Origin: a virus
Lineage: Duplodnaviria > Heunggongvirae > Uroviricota > Caudoviricetes
IMG/VR virus record: IMGVR_UViG_3300024518_005076
Direction: 5' to 3' (one strand)
DNA length: 24,274 bases
Under the pieces are notes generated by a model. The model was not told the DNA's origin, made no database searches, and saw only the letters and a list, made by a program, of their open reading frames with translations. Shown piece after piece: positions 7,053 through 16,303 of the stretch. Position numbers and translations under genes: made by a program. Position 1 is the stretch's first letter. The number at the start of each line of letters is the position of its first letter.

Positions 7053-7314
7053 TTCTTTGTCTTTCTGCCAATTTGGCGAGTTGGTTTTTAACTTGTCCCA
7101 ACACCGTAATAAACTCACGTGTGAGATCCTCAAATTTCTTGTCTTTTTCATCTATATGCCTCAGCCACTCAGACCTCTCATCGGCGTGTCTCTTCTCGAT
7201 TGATGGTATGTGTTTGACGACCAGATACCAGACAAGGGCACCGAACCCACCAGCCGTGACCAGCTGAATGATTGGCGCTACCCAGCTCATTGTTGTGTCA
7301 TCCGCGAGAATCAT
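7045..7314 (-). CDS. Holin-like small membrane protein (BhlA/UviB-type architecture)
   Basis: One N-terminal TM helix (IIQLVTAGGFGALVWYLVV) followed by a charged coiled coil (IEKRHADERSEW…). Two in-frame Met starts (7314 and 7290). Confidence 0.6.
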   Translation of the reverse strand: MILADDTTMSWVAPIIQLVTAGGFGALVWYLVVKHIPSIEKRHADERSEWLRHIDEKDKKFEDLTREFITVLGQVKNQLAKLAERQRND

Positions 7315-7343
7315 TCTACGGCTTTCTGTATAATCTGGAAAAC

Positions 7344-9575
7344 TTATCTCGTGGAATATTTGAAGTCGCCTCCAGACCGAAGAGACTCCCGAACGTCATC
7401 CAGGGCTGACTGTAAAGATTTTCTTTCGTCATCAACAGTGACTACGCGAGATCCAAAAGCCTCTTCGAATTCGCAATCAGACATAATGTCCGTATGTCCA
7501 CCCATATAATCTACAATCTTCTCGCCTTTCTTGCCATCCGAGACTGACTGAATCGCGAACACAATGTCGACTTGATCAAGGACGGCGTCTCCAAAATCGG
7601 CCTGATGGACAGCCTCATAGCACAAAACGACACTGTCTGAAGTATCTGGTGATCTTCCTATTTTTTCTTTTATTGTTGGAAGTGCGGCCCGCTTCTTGTT
7701 CTGGCTCCTCTGCTTAGGCGTGATGTAGTACTTCTGCATGTCTGTGTCGTAAATCTTCTCGTGAGCCGCCATTTCATCCACGAGTTCCGTATCGTTGAAG
7801 ATCATGAATGGGTCGAGGTGTTGCGAGTCGGGATTGATCCTGGCCCCGAACTCACCGTAAAGCTCCGCCCGGCGATTCATGTATCTTTTGGGAAATCTGA
7901 CGGGAGCCTCGTTTCCATGAACCCGGATAACCCAACAGCCTGCATCCTCAAGAATGTCAGCCATGGCGACTCCGCCAGCACCGATAATATCGATGGCCAT
8001 CGGGTGGTCACCCAGACAGATGTCAATTCCCAAGGACTTGCACGTCTCAACGATCCACGAGAGTGTTGATCTGGTGTCCGCCTTTCTTGTCCACTTCTTG
8101 CCCTTGATTCCTGCTGTGCCTCCATAAGTCAGAACCGTCTTGTCCTTATCCACGGAGTAAGCAAGGTCGAGGCCGAATCCGCTGATCTGGATTTCGTCCC
8201 GGTGCTCGCTCCACATCTCCATAGGACCCCTCATCCACGATGGAGGGACAACCTGCATCTCAAGATCTTCAGGTGGGAATTTGCCCTCGCCTGACCACGC
8301 CTTTTCGATGTCGTCCACGCCCTGCATGATGGTCGTGTACTTCAGATAATCCATCTGTCCTGGGATCAGAGCCCGGACATGCTTCTGGACCTCTTTGTCG
8401 ATAGGGTCGCCCTCGGCATAGAAATACTCTTCCCCATCAATCGTCTCAAACTCGATACCGCCAGGTGGTGCGAACTCGGGCATCTGCAATCTCTTGGCCC
8501 GTACATTCAGACAGTCGCGACCACCGAATGTCAGGCAGGCACGCTTAATACCCCGCTGGATGAAGACTTGGTTCTTGTCCGGGTCTTCCTTCGGAAACAA
8601 GTCAAAGAACCAGCCCGAGAGGACACGTGGGTTGGAGATGCAGATAATTTTGCGGCACTGCTTACGGAGGTTCTTCAGCATAAACTGAGGCACGGCAGAC
8701 GACTCGTCCACGACTCCAAGGGTATTTGCTCCGTGACGGCCAGATACACCTTCACCAGTCTCTGGATTGGCGATAATCAAAGAGTGTCTAGGATTATCTG
8801 GGTCCTTGAGTTCAGTTGTCAGGTTGGCACCTGAACCAGGATGGGCCATCTTCTTCCGCCATGTGACAAGCTCAGCGAACATAACATCCTTGGAATGTGC
8901 GGACGACTGGCTGGTCATGATGATTCTGTCATCCGGATACAGGTAGTACCAGAGACACAGACATAAAGCGGTAATGAACCCCTTGCCCGGAGAAGTTGAC
9001 CCTTTAATCGCGATCTCTCTGATCGTCGGATCGAACAGATGCAGGGCAAATTCACACTGGACATCATCGAGACGCAGGTTCAGGGCGTAGTCTCGCTCGC
9101 AGTGTTTCTTGAAGTATCTAAGATCGAGTTCGTCATGTATGACCAGTTCTGGCCACATGATCTCTATCAGCCTCCAGGGACTTCCGCCTATGGCTTCCAT
9201 CTTGGCTTTTCGGAGAGAAACTGCCCTGATCCTGGCTGGTGTTAAATCTTCCGAAGAATCTATTCTTTGCTGGATTTTTTCCGCGACTTTCTCGTCGTTT
9301 CGCTTAACCTGTGGCTTCTTCTCGATGATCGGAATCTCATCAAGGTCAAACCCATGATCGACCAACACCTTCTCTGTTCGGCGATTGCTCGTATATTGGC
9401 CGTTCCTTCCTCGGTCGAGAAAACCCTCGTCAGAAAGGAACTTCAGATCACTGGCGTCGACGCCCTTTGATCGCAGAGTGTCGTCAATCGCCTTGGATGC
9501 AGTGACGTGACCGCGATGCTTCCACACGTTACAAAGCAGGGACAGATGATCGATTTTCAGGTACGGATCCGTCAT
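7344..9575 (-). CDS. terL: Terminase large subunit (extended, 743 aa)
   Basis: P-loop region IAIKGSTSPGKG, then LW…P…IIMTS. GRHG…GVVDES (Walker B) and ISNP coupling motif. Nuclease motifs GLDLA, IDIIGAG, NRRAELY and RSPDTSDS. Confidence 0.88.
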   Translation of the reverse strand: MTDPYLKIDHLSLLCNVWKHRGHVTASKAIDDTLRSKGVDASDLKFLSDEGFLDRGRNGQYTSNRRTEKVLVDHGFDLDEIPIIEKKPQVKRNDEKVAEKIQQRIDSSEDLTPARIRAVSLRKAKMEAIGGSPWRLIEIMWPELVIHDELDLRYFKKHCERDYALNLRLDDVQCEFALHLFDPTIREIAIKGSTSPGKGFITALCLCLWYYLYPDDRIIMTSQSSAHSKDVMFAELVTWRKKMAHPGSGANLTTELKDPDNPRHSLIIANPETGEGVSGRHGANTLGVVDESSAVPQFMLKNLRKQCRKIICISNPRVLSGWFFDLFPKEDPDKNQVFIQRGIKRACLTFGGRDCLNVRAKRLQMPEFAPPGGIEFETIDGEEYFYAEGDPIDKEVQKHVRALIPGQMDYLKYTTIMQGVDDIEKAWSGEGKFPPEDLEMQVVPPSWMRGPMEMWSEHRDEIQISGFGLDLAYSVDKDKTVLTYGGTAGIKGKKWTRKADTRSTLSWIVETCKSLGIDICLGDHPMAIDIIGAGGVAMADILEDAGCWVIRVHGNEAPVRFPKRYMNRRAELYGEFGARINPDSQHLDPFMIFNDTELVDEMAAHEKIYDTDMQKYYITPKQRSQNKKRAALPTIKEKIGRSPDTSDSVVLCYEAVHQADFGDAVLDQVDIVFAIQSVSDGKKGEKIVDYMGGHTDIMSDCEFEEAFGSRVVTVDDERKSLQSALDDVRESLRSGGDFKYSTR

Positions 9576-9594
9576 CAGAAAGGCTCACAATAGG

Positions 9595-10548
9595 ATGTTG
9601 CACATTGCCTATATCTTCCCAAAAGACCTTTATCAGACCAAGATGTCTCCGGGAAGGAAGATGTATGGGGAGGCAGTCGACAGACTGGATGATGCGAAAG
9701 TTACAGTTACTGGACCTGGCTGGTGGAAGAGCAACGACATCAGGGAGTCGCTTCCAGAAATCGAACGAGAGCACGGACCAGTCGACGCTTTGTGGTGCTA
9801 CAAGACCGAGAATGTGACAGGGCTCAGAGACTTGGATATTCCTCGCGTGTTCGTGTTCAACGAAGCCAACGATGAAGAGAAGACTCGTAAGGATATCAAC
9901 GACGCATCGGCTACGCATTGTGTTTTTCATCATTACGGCGACCATGTCAGATGGGTCCATGTACTTGCCGATGAGGGAGTAAGCGCCTCTCTTCAGAATC
10001 ATTGCGCTCCAGGAAACCCATTTGCCGACACGTCACCGTGGGAACAGAGGCCGACTAAGTGTCTGCTGACTGGGGCTATCGGGTTTCACGTGTACCCTCT
10101 TCGGTTCAAGTACGAGTCTCTTCTGAGGAATAGAGATCTGGACGGATACGGGCTGCCTCATCCCGGATACAGAATTGGAGGTTCTCAGGCTATTCGTTCC
10201 CAGTACGAGTCGTACATGATGTCAATGGCCAGGGCGAAGATAGCTCTGTGCTGCACCAGTCGATACAAGTACCCGCTCGCCAAGTTGTTTGAGGCTGCTG
10301 CGTCTGGATGTGTCATCGCAACAGACAAGCCTGAATGTCCGATGTTTGAACAGTCGCTCTGGCCGTGGTGCATCCAGATTGACTCGTCGTGGACAAGTGG
10401 AGAGACCGCTGAGTGCATCAACAGTTTCCCAGATGAAACACTGAAGACAATGGCGTACCACACACTTCGAACGGCCCGAGAAGTGTTCACAATGGAAGGC
10501 TGGGCCAGGAAATTCACAGACACTGTCAGAAAGAAAATCAATGAGTGA
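9595..10548 (+). CDS. Glycosyltransferase, GT-B fold, CgeB/Glyco_trans_1_2-like
   Basis: C-terminal Y…MARAKIAL…YPLAKLFEAAASGCVIATD is typical of CgeB-like glycosyltransferases. Confidence 0.78.
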   Translation: MLHIAYIFPKDLYQTKMSPGRKMYGEAVDRLDDAKVTVTGPGWWKSNDIRESLPEIEREHGPVDALWCYKTENVTGLRDLDIPRVFVFNEANDEEKTRKDINDASATHCVFHHYGDHVRWVHVLADEGVSASLQNHCAPGNPFADTSPWEQRPTKCLLTGAIGFHVYPLRFKYESLLRNRDLDGYGLPHPGYRIGGSQAIRSQYESYMMSMARAKIALCCTSRYKYPLAKLFEAAASGCVIATDKPECPMFEQSLWPWCIQIDSSWTSGETAECINSFPDETLKTMAYHTLRTAREVFTMEGWARKFTDTVRKKINE

Positions 10549-11431
10549 TCAGGATTTAGCTACCGCCCTTCAGGATAAGTTTCTCCCTTCAGAGGTTGAC
10601 TGGCGAGTTCAGTCCAGCGGAGACAAGGGCAACGGGCCGTTCGCAAAAGTGCTGGCGTATATTGATGCCCGAGCAATTCAGAATCGGCTTGATTCAGTTG
10701 CTGGCGCTGGCGGGTGGAGAGTTGAACAGCCAATCCCAGTACACGGATCGGCCCCGTTTATCAGCTACAAGTTTGATGGTAAATGGGACCGGTACAAGAT
10801 TGGTTCGCCTTCAACTAAGGACAAGGCGACAGATGTGGTCACGCTTGGAATCCTAGACAGTGCCCTGACGGGATTTTTGACAGGCATTTCGATCAAGATT
10901 GATGGTGAGTGGGTGACTCGCTGGGATGGTGCAGATGTTACTGACATTGAATCATTCAAGGGCGGGCTTTCCAGCAGCTTCAAGAGAGCGGCTGCCCAGT
11001 GGGGAATCGGACGTTACCTTTACGACCTGAAGGAAGGATGGGCGATATTTGATCACCCCCATGTGAAGAAGTCGTGCCACAAAGACAAGATCGGAAATAA
11101 CTGGAGAGAGTGGCTGCCGCCCAAGCTTCCAGACTGGGCACTCCCTGATGGGTACGAAGGGGACCAGTACGCTCATATCCTGGGCGGCGATACATCCGCT
11201 CCGGAGAAGGCAGCAGCGCCAGCCTTGGCGCAAGAAGAGTCGTCGCAGGACCTCTATAATAAGATTGTCGCTGCGGTTGCGGATGCCACAAACAAGACGC
11301 CAATGGACAGGGCTGCTCTGGAGAAGTACCAGAAATCAACCCATGATCGCTTCGAGCAGGGTAAGCTGAACGACATAAATTACCAGCAGCTCATCAAGCT
11401 GTTCGAAACAGTACTGAAAACGGAGGAATAA
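10541..11431 (+). CDS. Rad52/Rad22-family ssDNA-annealing protein (Sak-like)
   Basis: F.PSEVDWRV…LAYIDARAIQNRLDSVAG…W and KGGLSSSFKRAAAQWGIGRYLY. Confidence 0.9.
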   Translation: MSDQDLATALQDKFLPSEVDWRVQSSGDKGNGPFAKVLAYIDARAIQNRLDSVAGAGGWRVEQPIPVHGSAPFISYKFDGKWDRYKIGSPSTKDKATDVVTLGILDSALTGFLTGISIKIDGEWVTRWDGADVTDIESFKGGLSSSFKRAAAQWGIGRYLYDLKEGWAIFDHPHVKKSCHKDKIGNNWREWLPPKLPDWALPDGYEGDQYAHILGGDTSAPEKAAAPALAQEESSQDLYNKIVAAVADATNKTPMDRAALEKYQKSTHDRFEQGKLNDINYQQLIKLFETVLKTEE

Positions 11432-11433
11432 TA

Positions 11434-12189
11434 ATGAATCTGGACGAGATGCTAATCAGGGATGATTACAAGGCAGCCTGCCGACCCCTCTTCGAGAATG
11501 AGATGGCAGGCCTGATAGATTCGATTGTGAATAACAAAGAGGGGTTTCTTGACCCCCTGAAGTTCCATCTGAATGAAGAGGGAGTTCCCACGCTCCTGGA
11601 TGGCCATCATCGGATGTCGATCTGGCAAGGGGAGCATGGGAAAGATCTCGACAAACCCAGAACCCAAGAGGTTATTCCTCTCTCTGGGGCTTCACCCGAG
11701 GAAGCGATTGAATGGATCAGGAACCATCAGCGGAACCGGAGGAACGACACGAATGAGTTTCGATACCAGCTCGGGAAAGAACTGATCGAAACAGACAAGA
11801 CTTCTGTCCAGATTGCCCAGGAATACGGAGTCACAGACAGTGTTGTTCGCCACTCGGGCGACTACGCAATGGCTGTCGACAATCTGGAGAGCGAGGTTCC
11901 GGGAATTAAGGAAGAGTTGATTAGTGACGACCCTCCGGCTACCCGAAGTCAGGTTGTCAACGATCCAGGTTCAGTCGCCGCAGCAGTAACTGGTGCCCCA
12001 GTTGAGAAGAATCCAATCCAGCTCTTCGAGGGAGTCAATAAGGCGCTGGGTTCTCTGGTGCGGAGAGTCAAGGCTCTTGAAGACGAAACTGGGAAGACCG
12101 ACCTGTCATCCAAGTTTGAGCAGCAGTTAAGGGAGTGTTTTATCTCCCTGGAGTCATGGGAAGACCAGTACCTCGAATTTCATCAGTAA
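11434..12189 (+). CDS. ParB/Srx-like N-terminal domain protein with HTH
   Basis: L..SI…GFLDPL…LLDGHHR (ParB-N). Then QRNRRN and HTH-like SVQIAQEYGVTDSVVR, with a helical C-terminus. Confidence 0.75.
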   Translation: MNLDEMLIRDDYKAACRPLFENEMAGLIDSIVNNKEGFLDPLKFHLNEEGVPTLLDGHHRMSIWQGEHGKDLDKPRTQEVIPLSGASPEEAIEWIRNHQRNRRNDTNEFRYQLGKELIETDKTSVQIAQEYGVTDSVVRHSGDYAMAVDNLESEVPGIKEELISDDPPATRSQVVNDPGSVAAAVTGAPVEKNPIQLFEGVNKALGSLVRRVKALEDETGKTDLSSKFEQQLRECFISLESWEDQYLEFHQ

Positions 12190-12198
12190 GGAAAACCA

Positions 12199-12576
12199 AT
12201 GGATCGTCATCAGTTTGTGAAAGAGTTGATTGTGGAAAGGGACCAGCTCAAAGAGCAGGTTGCGAACCTCAAGAATGATAGAGACAAGGCCAGAAGGCGG
12301 ACGCGGGAGTCTGTCTCTGATCTTCTGAACCCAAAACCAATCACTCCGTCGAGCCTTACGTTATTACCGGAAAGCGGCTTCACATTCTCAGTGGTTGGGC
12401 CAGGCCCGCCCCGTGAGGATGAGCAGGTTTCCGACTACGCCATCAAGAATCTGTGCGGAGAAATCTCCAGCCTTAAGAAGGAAGTGGAGACGATCTGTGA
12501 ACAGACCAAGGACTACAATTCGAGAGATTTTGTGGCCCAGTTCAAAGCCCTGTTGGACACTCTGGAGGATGAATGA
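12199..12576 (+). CDS. Coiled-coil hypothetical protein (125 aa)
   Basis: AAGGA SD and heptad-rich N- and C-termini. ATGA-coupled to the next gene. Confidence 0.7.
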   Translation: MDRHQFVKELIVERDQLKEQVANLKNDRDKARRRTRESVSDLLNPKPITPSSLTLLPESGFTFSVVGPGPPREDEQVSDYAIKNLCGEISSLKKEVETICEQTKDYNSRDFVAQFKALLDTLEDE

Positions 12577-13097
12577 AAATCCTGTCGCTGGATCCTGCAA
12601 CCAAATGTGGATGGGCGTTATCGAACTCCCTTTCCGGCACTTGGGATCTGTCCGTGAAGCAGGATGAGTCCTCTGGGGCGAGATACCTTCGCCTCTGGAA
12701 CTATCTGGATGAGTTGCATCAGAGCAATGGTATCGACCTGATTGTTTTCGAAGCGTCCCGTAACCCCAAGCACTCCAGGGCAGTCGTCATTCTTGCTCGG
12801 ATACAAGGGACGATTGAGTTATGGGCAACCCAGAACGATGTTGAATATCAGCCCGTCAGCCCAATGACGATCAAGGTGTTCGCCACAGGAAACAACAAGG
12901 CTTCGAAAGCAGAGATGATTTCTGCTGCCAAGAAATATACAGGAAGGCGTAAGATTATCGACGATAATCACGCTGACGCCGTTCTTCTTTTAGAGTTGGC
13001 CAAAGAAAAGTATGGAAACATACCGATCTCAGATCTGAAGAAAGTCCTGATCTCAAATAAGATCGAATCCGCTATGAAGGAAAGACATAAACAATGA
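12573..13097 (+). CDS. ruvC: RuvC-like Holliday junction resolvase
   Basis: ILSLDP…GWA (Asp1), IVFE (Glu), SPMTIKVFATG…ASKAEM and DDNHADA. Confidence 0.85.
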   Translation: MKILSLDPATKCGWALSNSLSGTWDLSVKQDESSGARYLRLWNYLDELHQSNGIDLIVFEASRNPKHSRAVVILARIQGTIELWATQNDVEYQPVSPMTIKVFATGNNKASKAEMISAAKKYTGRRKIIDDNHADAVLLLELAKEKYGNIPISDLKKVLISNKIESAMKERHKQ

Positions 13098-13372
13098 CTC
13101 AGGCGTCATCAGAAACACGAAACCTGCTTAGCTCTTTCCAGAAACTACAGGACGGATACGTGAAAAGACTGCACGTAGATAAACGGGTCGTACAGAAGAA
13201 TCGCAAGACGGGATCTAAGAATCCGCCCATCACGATCCAGACTTCTGACGGGCCGATTAAGTGTATGAAGGCCGAGATTCATGGCCCTTCAACGCTGGAA
13301 TATTCAGAGAAGCCCCTCAGCTGCGGGGCCAGAGTATTCATTACAACCAAAGCCGAAGTCACAATGGAGTAA
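13094..13372 (+). CDS. Conserved phage hypothetical protein
   Basis: LHVD…KN.KTG…PPITI…IHGPS…Y..KPLSCGARVFI.T is a recurrent phage pattern of unknown function. Confidence 0.75.
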   Translation: MTQASSETRNLLSSFQKLQDGYVKRLHVDKRVVQKNRKTGSKNPPITIQTSDGPIKCMKAEIHGPSTLEYSEKPLSCGARVFITTKAEVTME

Positions 13373-13374
13373 TT

Positions 13375-13998
13375 ATGGAAGACAGAACAAAATATGACGG
13401 CACGATCGAAACATTCAGCGGGGTCTTGTTTGACCTGTTGAACCCACAGTCAACCGACATCAGATTGATTGATATAGCTCACGCGCTATCGGCAACCAAC
13501 AGGTTTGCGGGCCACACTCGAAAACCTTACTCAGTGGCGCAACATAGTGTTATCTGCTCGTACAACTGTGACCACCCTGGCTGGGCGTTGATGCATGATA
13601 GCTCAGAAGCCTTTGTTGGAGATGTAACGAGACCACTGAAGCAAATGTTGGGCGACACGTACAAGAACATCGAGAAGAATATCCTGTACGCAATCGGGAT
13701 TCACTTCAAGCTACCCCCTTATGAGAACCAGGCCGCTATCGTGAAGGAGATCGACAACAGGCTCTTGGTAACAGAGAAGCGAGATTTGATGCCTGATAAT
13801 GAGTGGTGGTATCTGCAAGATGTCGAGCCACTGGAAGACAGGATAGAGCCTTGGTCATTCCAAGAGTCAAAATCAAAATTTATCGACAGGGCACTGAGTT
13901 TGTTTCCTCATCTGATTCCGGAGTACGAGAGAGATATTGATCGCATTGTTACATCCTCAATGTCTCCGACGATTCCATTTCCGGTAGGGGGAAGATGA
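13375..13998 (+). CDS. HD-domain phosphohydrolase (YfbR-like 5'-deoxynucleotidase family)
   Basis: DIAHALS…RFAGH…YSVAQHS…ALMHDSSEAFVGD…PLK. Start at ATG 13375 after GGAG. Confidence 0.88.
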   Translation: MEDRTKYDGTIETFSGVLFDLLNPQSTDIRLIDIAHALSATNRFAGHTRKPYSVAQHSVICSYNCDHPGWALMHDSSEAFVGDVTRPLKQMLGDTYKNIEKNILYAIGIHFKLPPYENQAAIVKEIDNRLLVTEKRDLMPDNEWWYLQDVEPLEDRIEPWSFQESKSKFIDRALSLFPHLIPEYERDIDRIVTSSMSPTIPFPVGGR

Positions 13999-15617
13999 AC
14001 TTCACGCCCAGGCCCCACCAATCCAAATCTCACGAAGAGGTCTGGAAGAAGATCGATGAGAAACAATCTGCCATCTGTTTCGCATCCCCCTGTGGGAGCG
14101 GAAAGACGGTGTCGATGGCCATGGATCTTCTCGAAGCACACCGGCGCAAATGGAGGGCTTCTCTCTATACTCACAGACGCATGCTGTTCGATCAGACATG
14201 CAAGGCTATGGATGAATTCGGTGTGGATTTCGGAAAACGGGCAGCTGGATCGAAGCCTGAGCTTGATAAGCCAGTTCAGATTCACATGTTGCAAACTGAA
14301 GTTGCCAGGTCGCTCAAATCTACTGCGGACTGGGGAGTTCACGATGCGAAGCTGTGGCTGGTCGATGAAGCTCACGGGATGCAAGGCAAGGCCATGCATC
14401 AACTTGTGGACCAGCTCAAGGAAAGGGGTGGTCACGGGATAGGTTACACGGCGACCCCGGTCGGCCTGTGGAGTATGTTCGACGAGATCGTGACGTGCTC
14501 TTCCTACTCTGAGCTTATCAAGGCCGGATATCTGGTTCCGTGCCACACGTACGCACCCAATGAGATCAGCACAAAAGGAATGAGCCTGAACTCAACCGGA
14601 GAGTTTGCTCCGGACGAGCTGGCCGAGCGAGTCAAGGTGCCAGTCATCTTCGGTTATGTGTATGAGCACTGGCTGAAGTATAATCCAGGGCAGCTCCCCA
14701 CGATTCTGTTTGCTCCCAATATCAAAGCGAGCATGTGGTTCGTGGATATGTTCAAATCGAACGGAGTGTCCGCTGCTCACATTGACGGTAAATATATCTA
14801 CTACGGAGAACAAACAGCTGACGGTGAAAAGCGGCTTGTTGATTCGACGCCTGAGAATAGGGAGATTCTGAGGCAACAATCAGAAAGCGGCGAGATCAAG
14901 GTGGTCTCCAACCGGTTCGTCCTTCGGGAAGGAATCTCCTGGAATCATCTTTATCATGCCATACTTGCAACCGTCTTCGGAAGCCTTGCCAGCTTCATCC
15001 AGGCTGCAGGACGCATTCTGCGTAGCTATAAGGGTCTTGACCATGTTGTGCTTCAGTGCCACGGTGGTAGCCCATGGCGACACGGACTTGTTGATCAAGA
15101 TCGTGAGTGGCACGTTGGGGACACCAACAAAATCATACGAGATCGTATCAAGCGATCCCTAGAACGTGGCGAAGAGGACTACCTTGAGCCTCTTAACTGT
15201 ATCAAGTGCGGTCGATCCTACAGAGCCGGAGAGAGTTGCCCGGATTGTGGGGCCTTCACAACAAAGAGGTCTCGGGCGGTTATTCAGATGGATGGCTCAT
15301 TGGAGCGCGTCTGGGGAACTGCGATACAGCCCAAGCCAGAGAAGTCTCCTGCCCGGAAGGCGTGGGACCAGATGTATTTCTCGACAGCCAAGGCTAAGAA
15401 TTCAAAGAGGCCGATGAACTGGAATACGATGATCAGCCTCTTCAAGAGGAAGTATCCAGAGTTTAAGCTTTACCAGACAATTGATAATCAGGCCCGACCG
15501 AGATGGGCAGTGTTCCATGGTGGGAAAGTAACTTGCCTTCAGACGCCTCCGCTCCATGATAAATTCCTGTGGGAATCCAGGGTGCGGGACGTTCCTTACG
15601 GGGAGTTGATGTGGTGA
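13995..15617 (+). CDS. Superfamily 2 DEAH helicase with C-terminal Zn ribbon (RadD/UvsW-like)
   Basis: SPCGSGKT (I), LVDEAH (II), TATP (III), VLREG (V), QAAGR.LR (VI), and CIKC…CPDC. Confidence 0.9.
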   Translation: MNFTPRPHQSKSHEEVWKKIDEKQSAICFASPCGSGKTVSMAMDLLEAHRRKWRASLYTHRRMLFDQTCKAMDEFGVDFGKRAAGSKPELDKPVQIHMLQTEVARSLKSTADWGVHDAKLWLVDEAHGMQGKAMHQLVDQLKERGGHGIGYTATPVGLWSMFDEIVTCSSYSELIKAGYLVPCHTYAPNEISTKGMSLNSTGEFAPDELAERVKVPVIFGYVYEHWLKYNPGQLPTILFAPNIKASMWFVDMFKSNGVSAAHIDGKYIYYGEQTADGEKRLVDSTPENREILRQQSESGEIKVVSNRFVLREGISWNHLYHAILATVFGSLASFIQAAGRILRSYKGLDHVVLQCHGGSPWRHGLVDQDREWHVGDTNKIIRDRIKRSLERGEEDYLEPLNCIKCGRSYRAGESCPDCGAFTTKRSRAVIQMDGSLERVWGTAIQPKPEKSPARKAWDQMYFSTAKAKNSKRPMNWNTMISLFKRKYPEFKLYQTIDNQARPRWAVFHGGKVTCLQTPPLHDKFLWESRVRDVPYGELMW

Positions 15618-15622
15618 AAAAA

Positions 15623-15805
15623 ATGAGCACTCTGGACAGATTGACTATATGCACTGGAAATATAGCAATCGTGTGCGTTATATCAACAATGCTTCTTTGT
15701 TTGTGTCAATGGGAATGGCTTCAGCCTGCAATCCCGATTGCGTTTTTTACAACGGGATGGATGACGTGGTTCAATACAGACAGATACTACGTGGATAAAA
15801 AATGA
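15623..15805 (+). CDS. Small two-TM membrane protein (60 aa)
   Basis: Two hydrophobic stretches (IAIVCVISTMLLCLC; AIPIAFFTTGWMTWF). ATGA-coupled to the next gene. Confidence 0.55.
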   Translation: MSTLDRLTICTGNIAIVCVISTMLLCLCQWEWLQPAIPIAFFTTGWMTWFNTDRYYVDKK

Positions 15806-16281
15806 CATCACTCATCGACAAATACCTCAACCCGAGCAAGGTTCGTCAGAAAGTGCGGCGGGACCTGGTCCTTCATGATGAGGAAACTGGGCTCGAAGTC
15901 AGTTTAGCGAAGGTTAGCGACGACCCGACTGACGTAGATATCTGCAACGAGCCAGATAAACCTCTCGTGACGGAACTCCGGAACTTCCTTTGTCTTGTGC
16001 CATGGGAAAGGATTTCCCTCCAGGTGTCCCAAGGCCAGGATCCGCTCTATCGGACCCATGCTCAGCCACAGGCAGAGACTCTCAGAGACGTTGCGGATAT
16101 GATTGAGCACAAAGGACACATTGACTCAGCACTGGCCGCATTGCGGTCGGGGTCTCGTCCAGACTGGGTAGAGAGAGAATCCTATGATCAGGTTATCTCT
16201 GAGCTGGTTGAAATCGGACAAGCCCTATCGGAGAAGGTCGAGAAAAGTCTCCGAGAGGCCCAATCGCACGCCATCCAATGA
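15802..16281 (+). CDS. Hypothetical protein (159 aa)
   Basis: Clean ORF in the operon with a coupled start. Confidence 0.7.
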   Translation: MTSLIDKYLNPSKVRQKVRRDLVLHDEETGLEVSLAKVSDDPTDVDICNEPDKPLVTELRNFLCLVPWERISLQVSQGQDPLYRTHAQPQAETLRDVADMIEHKGHIDSALAALRSGSRPDWVERESYDQVISELVEIGQALSEKVEKSLREAQSHAIQ

Positions 16282-16303
16282 CATTAGTGCTCATTTCGCC
16301 CTT

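Noticed and set aside
7761-9470. Several plus-strand ORFs (62-151 aa) inside terL
   Set aside because: Antisense shadows with no SD or motif support.
7344-9575. Intein or intron as the reason for TerL length
   Set aside because: No Cys/Ser…His-Asn splice junctions or LAGLIDADG motifs were seen, the frame is continuous, and the extra length lies at the termini plus a short insert.
13908-14546. 212-aa minus-strand ORF
   Set aside because: Antisense shadow of the helicase with no motifs; same for 14592..14879 and 14880..15113.
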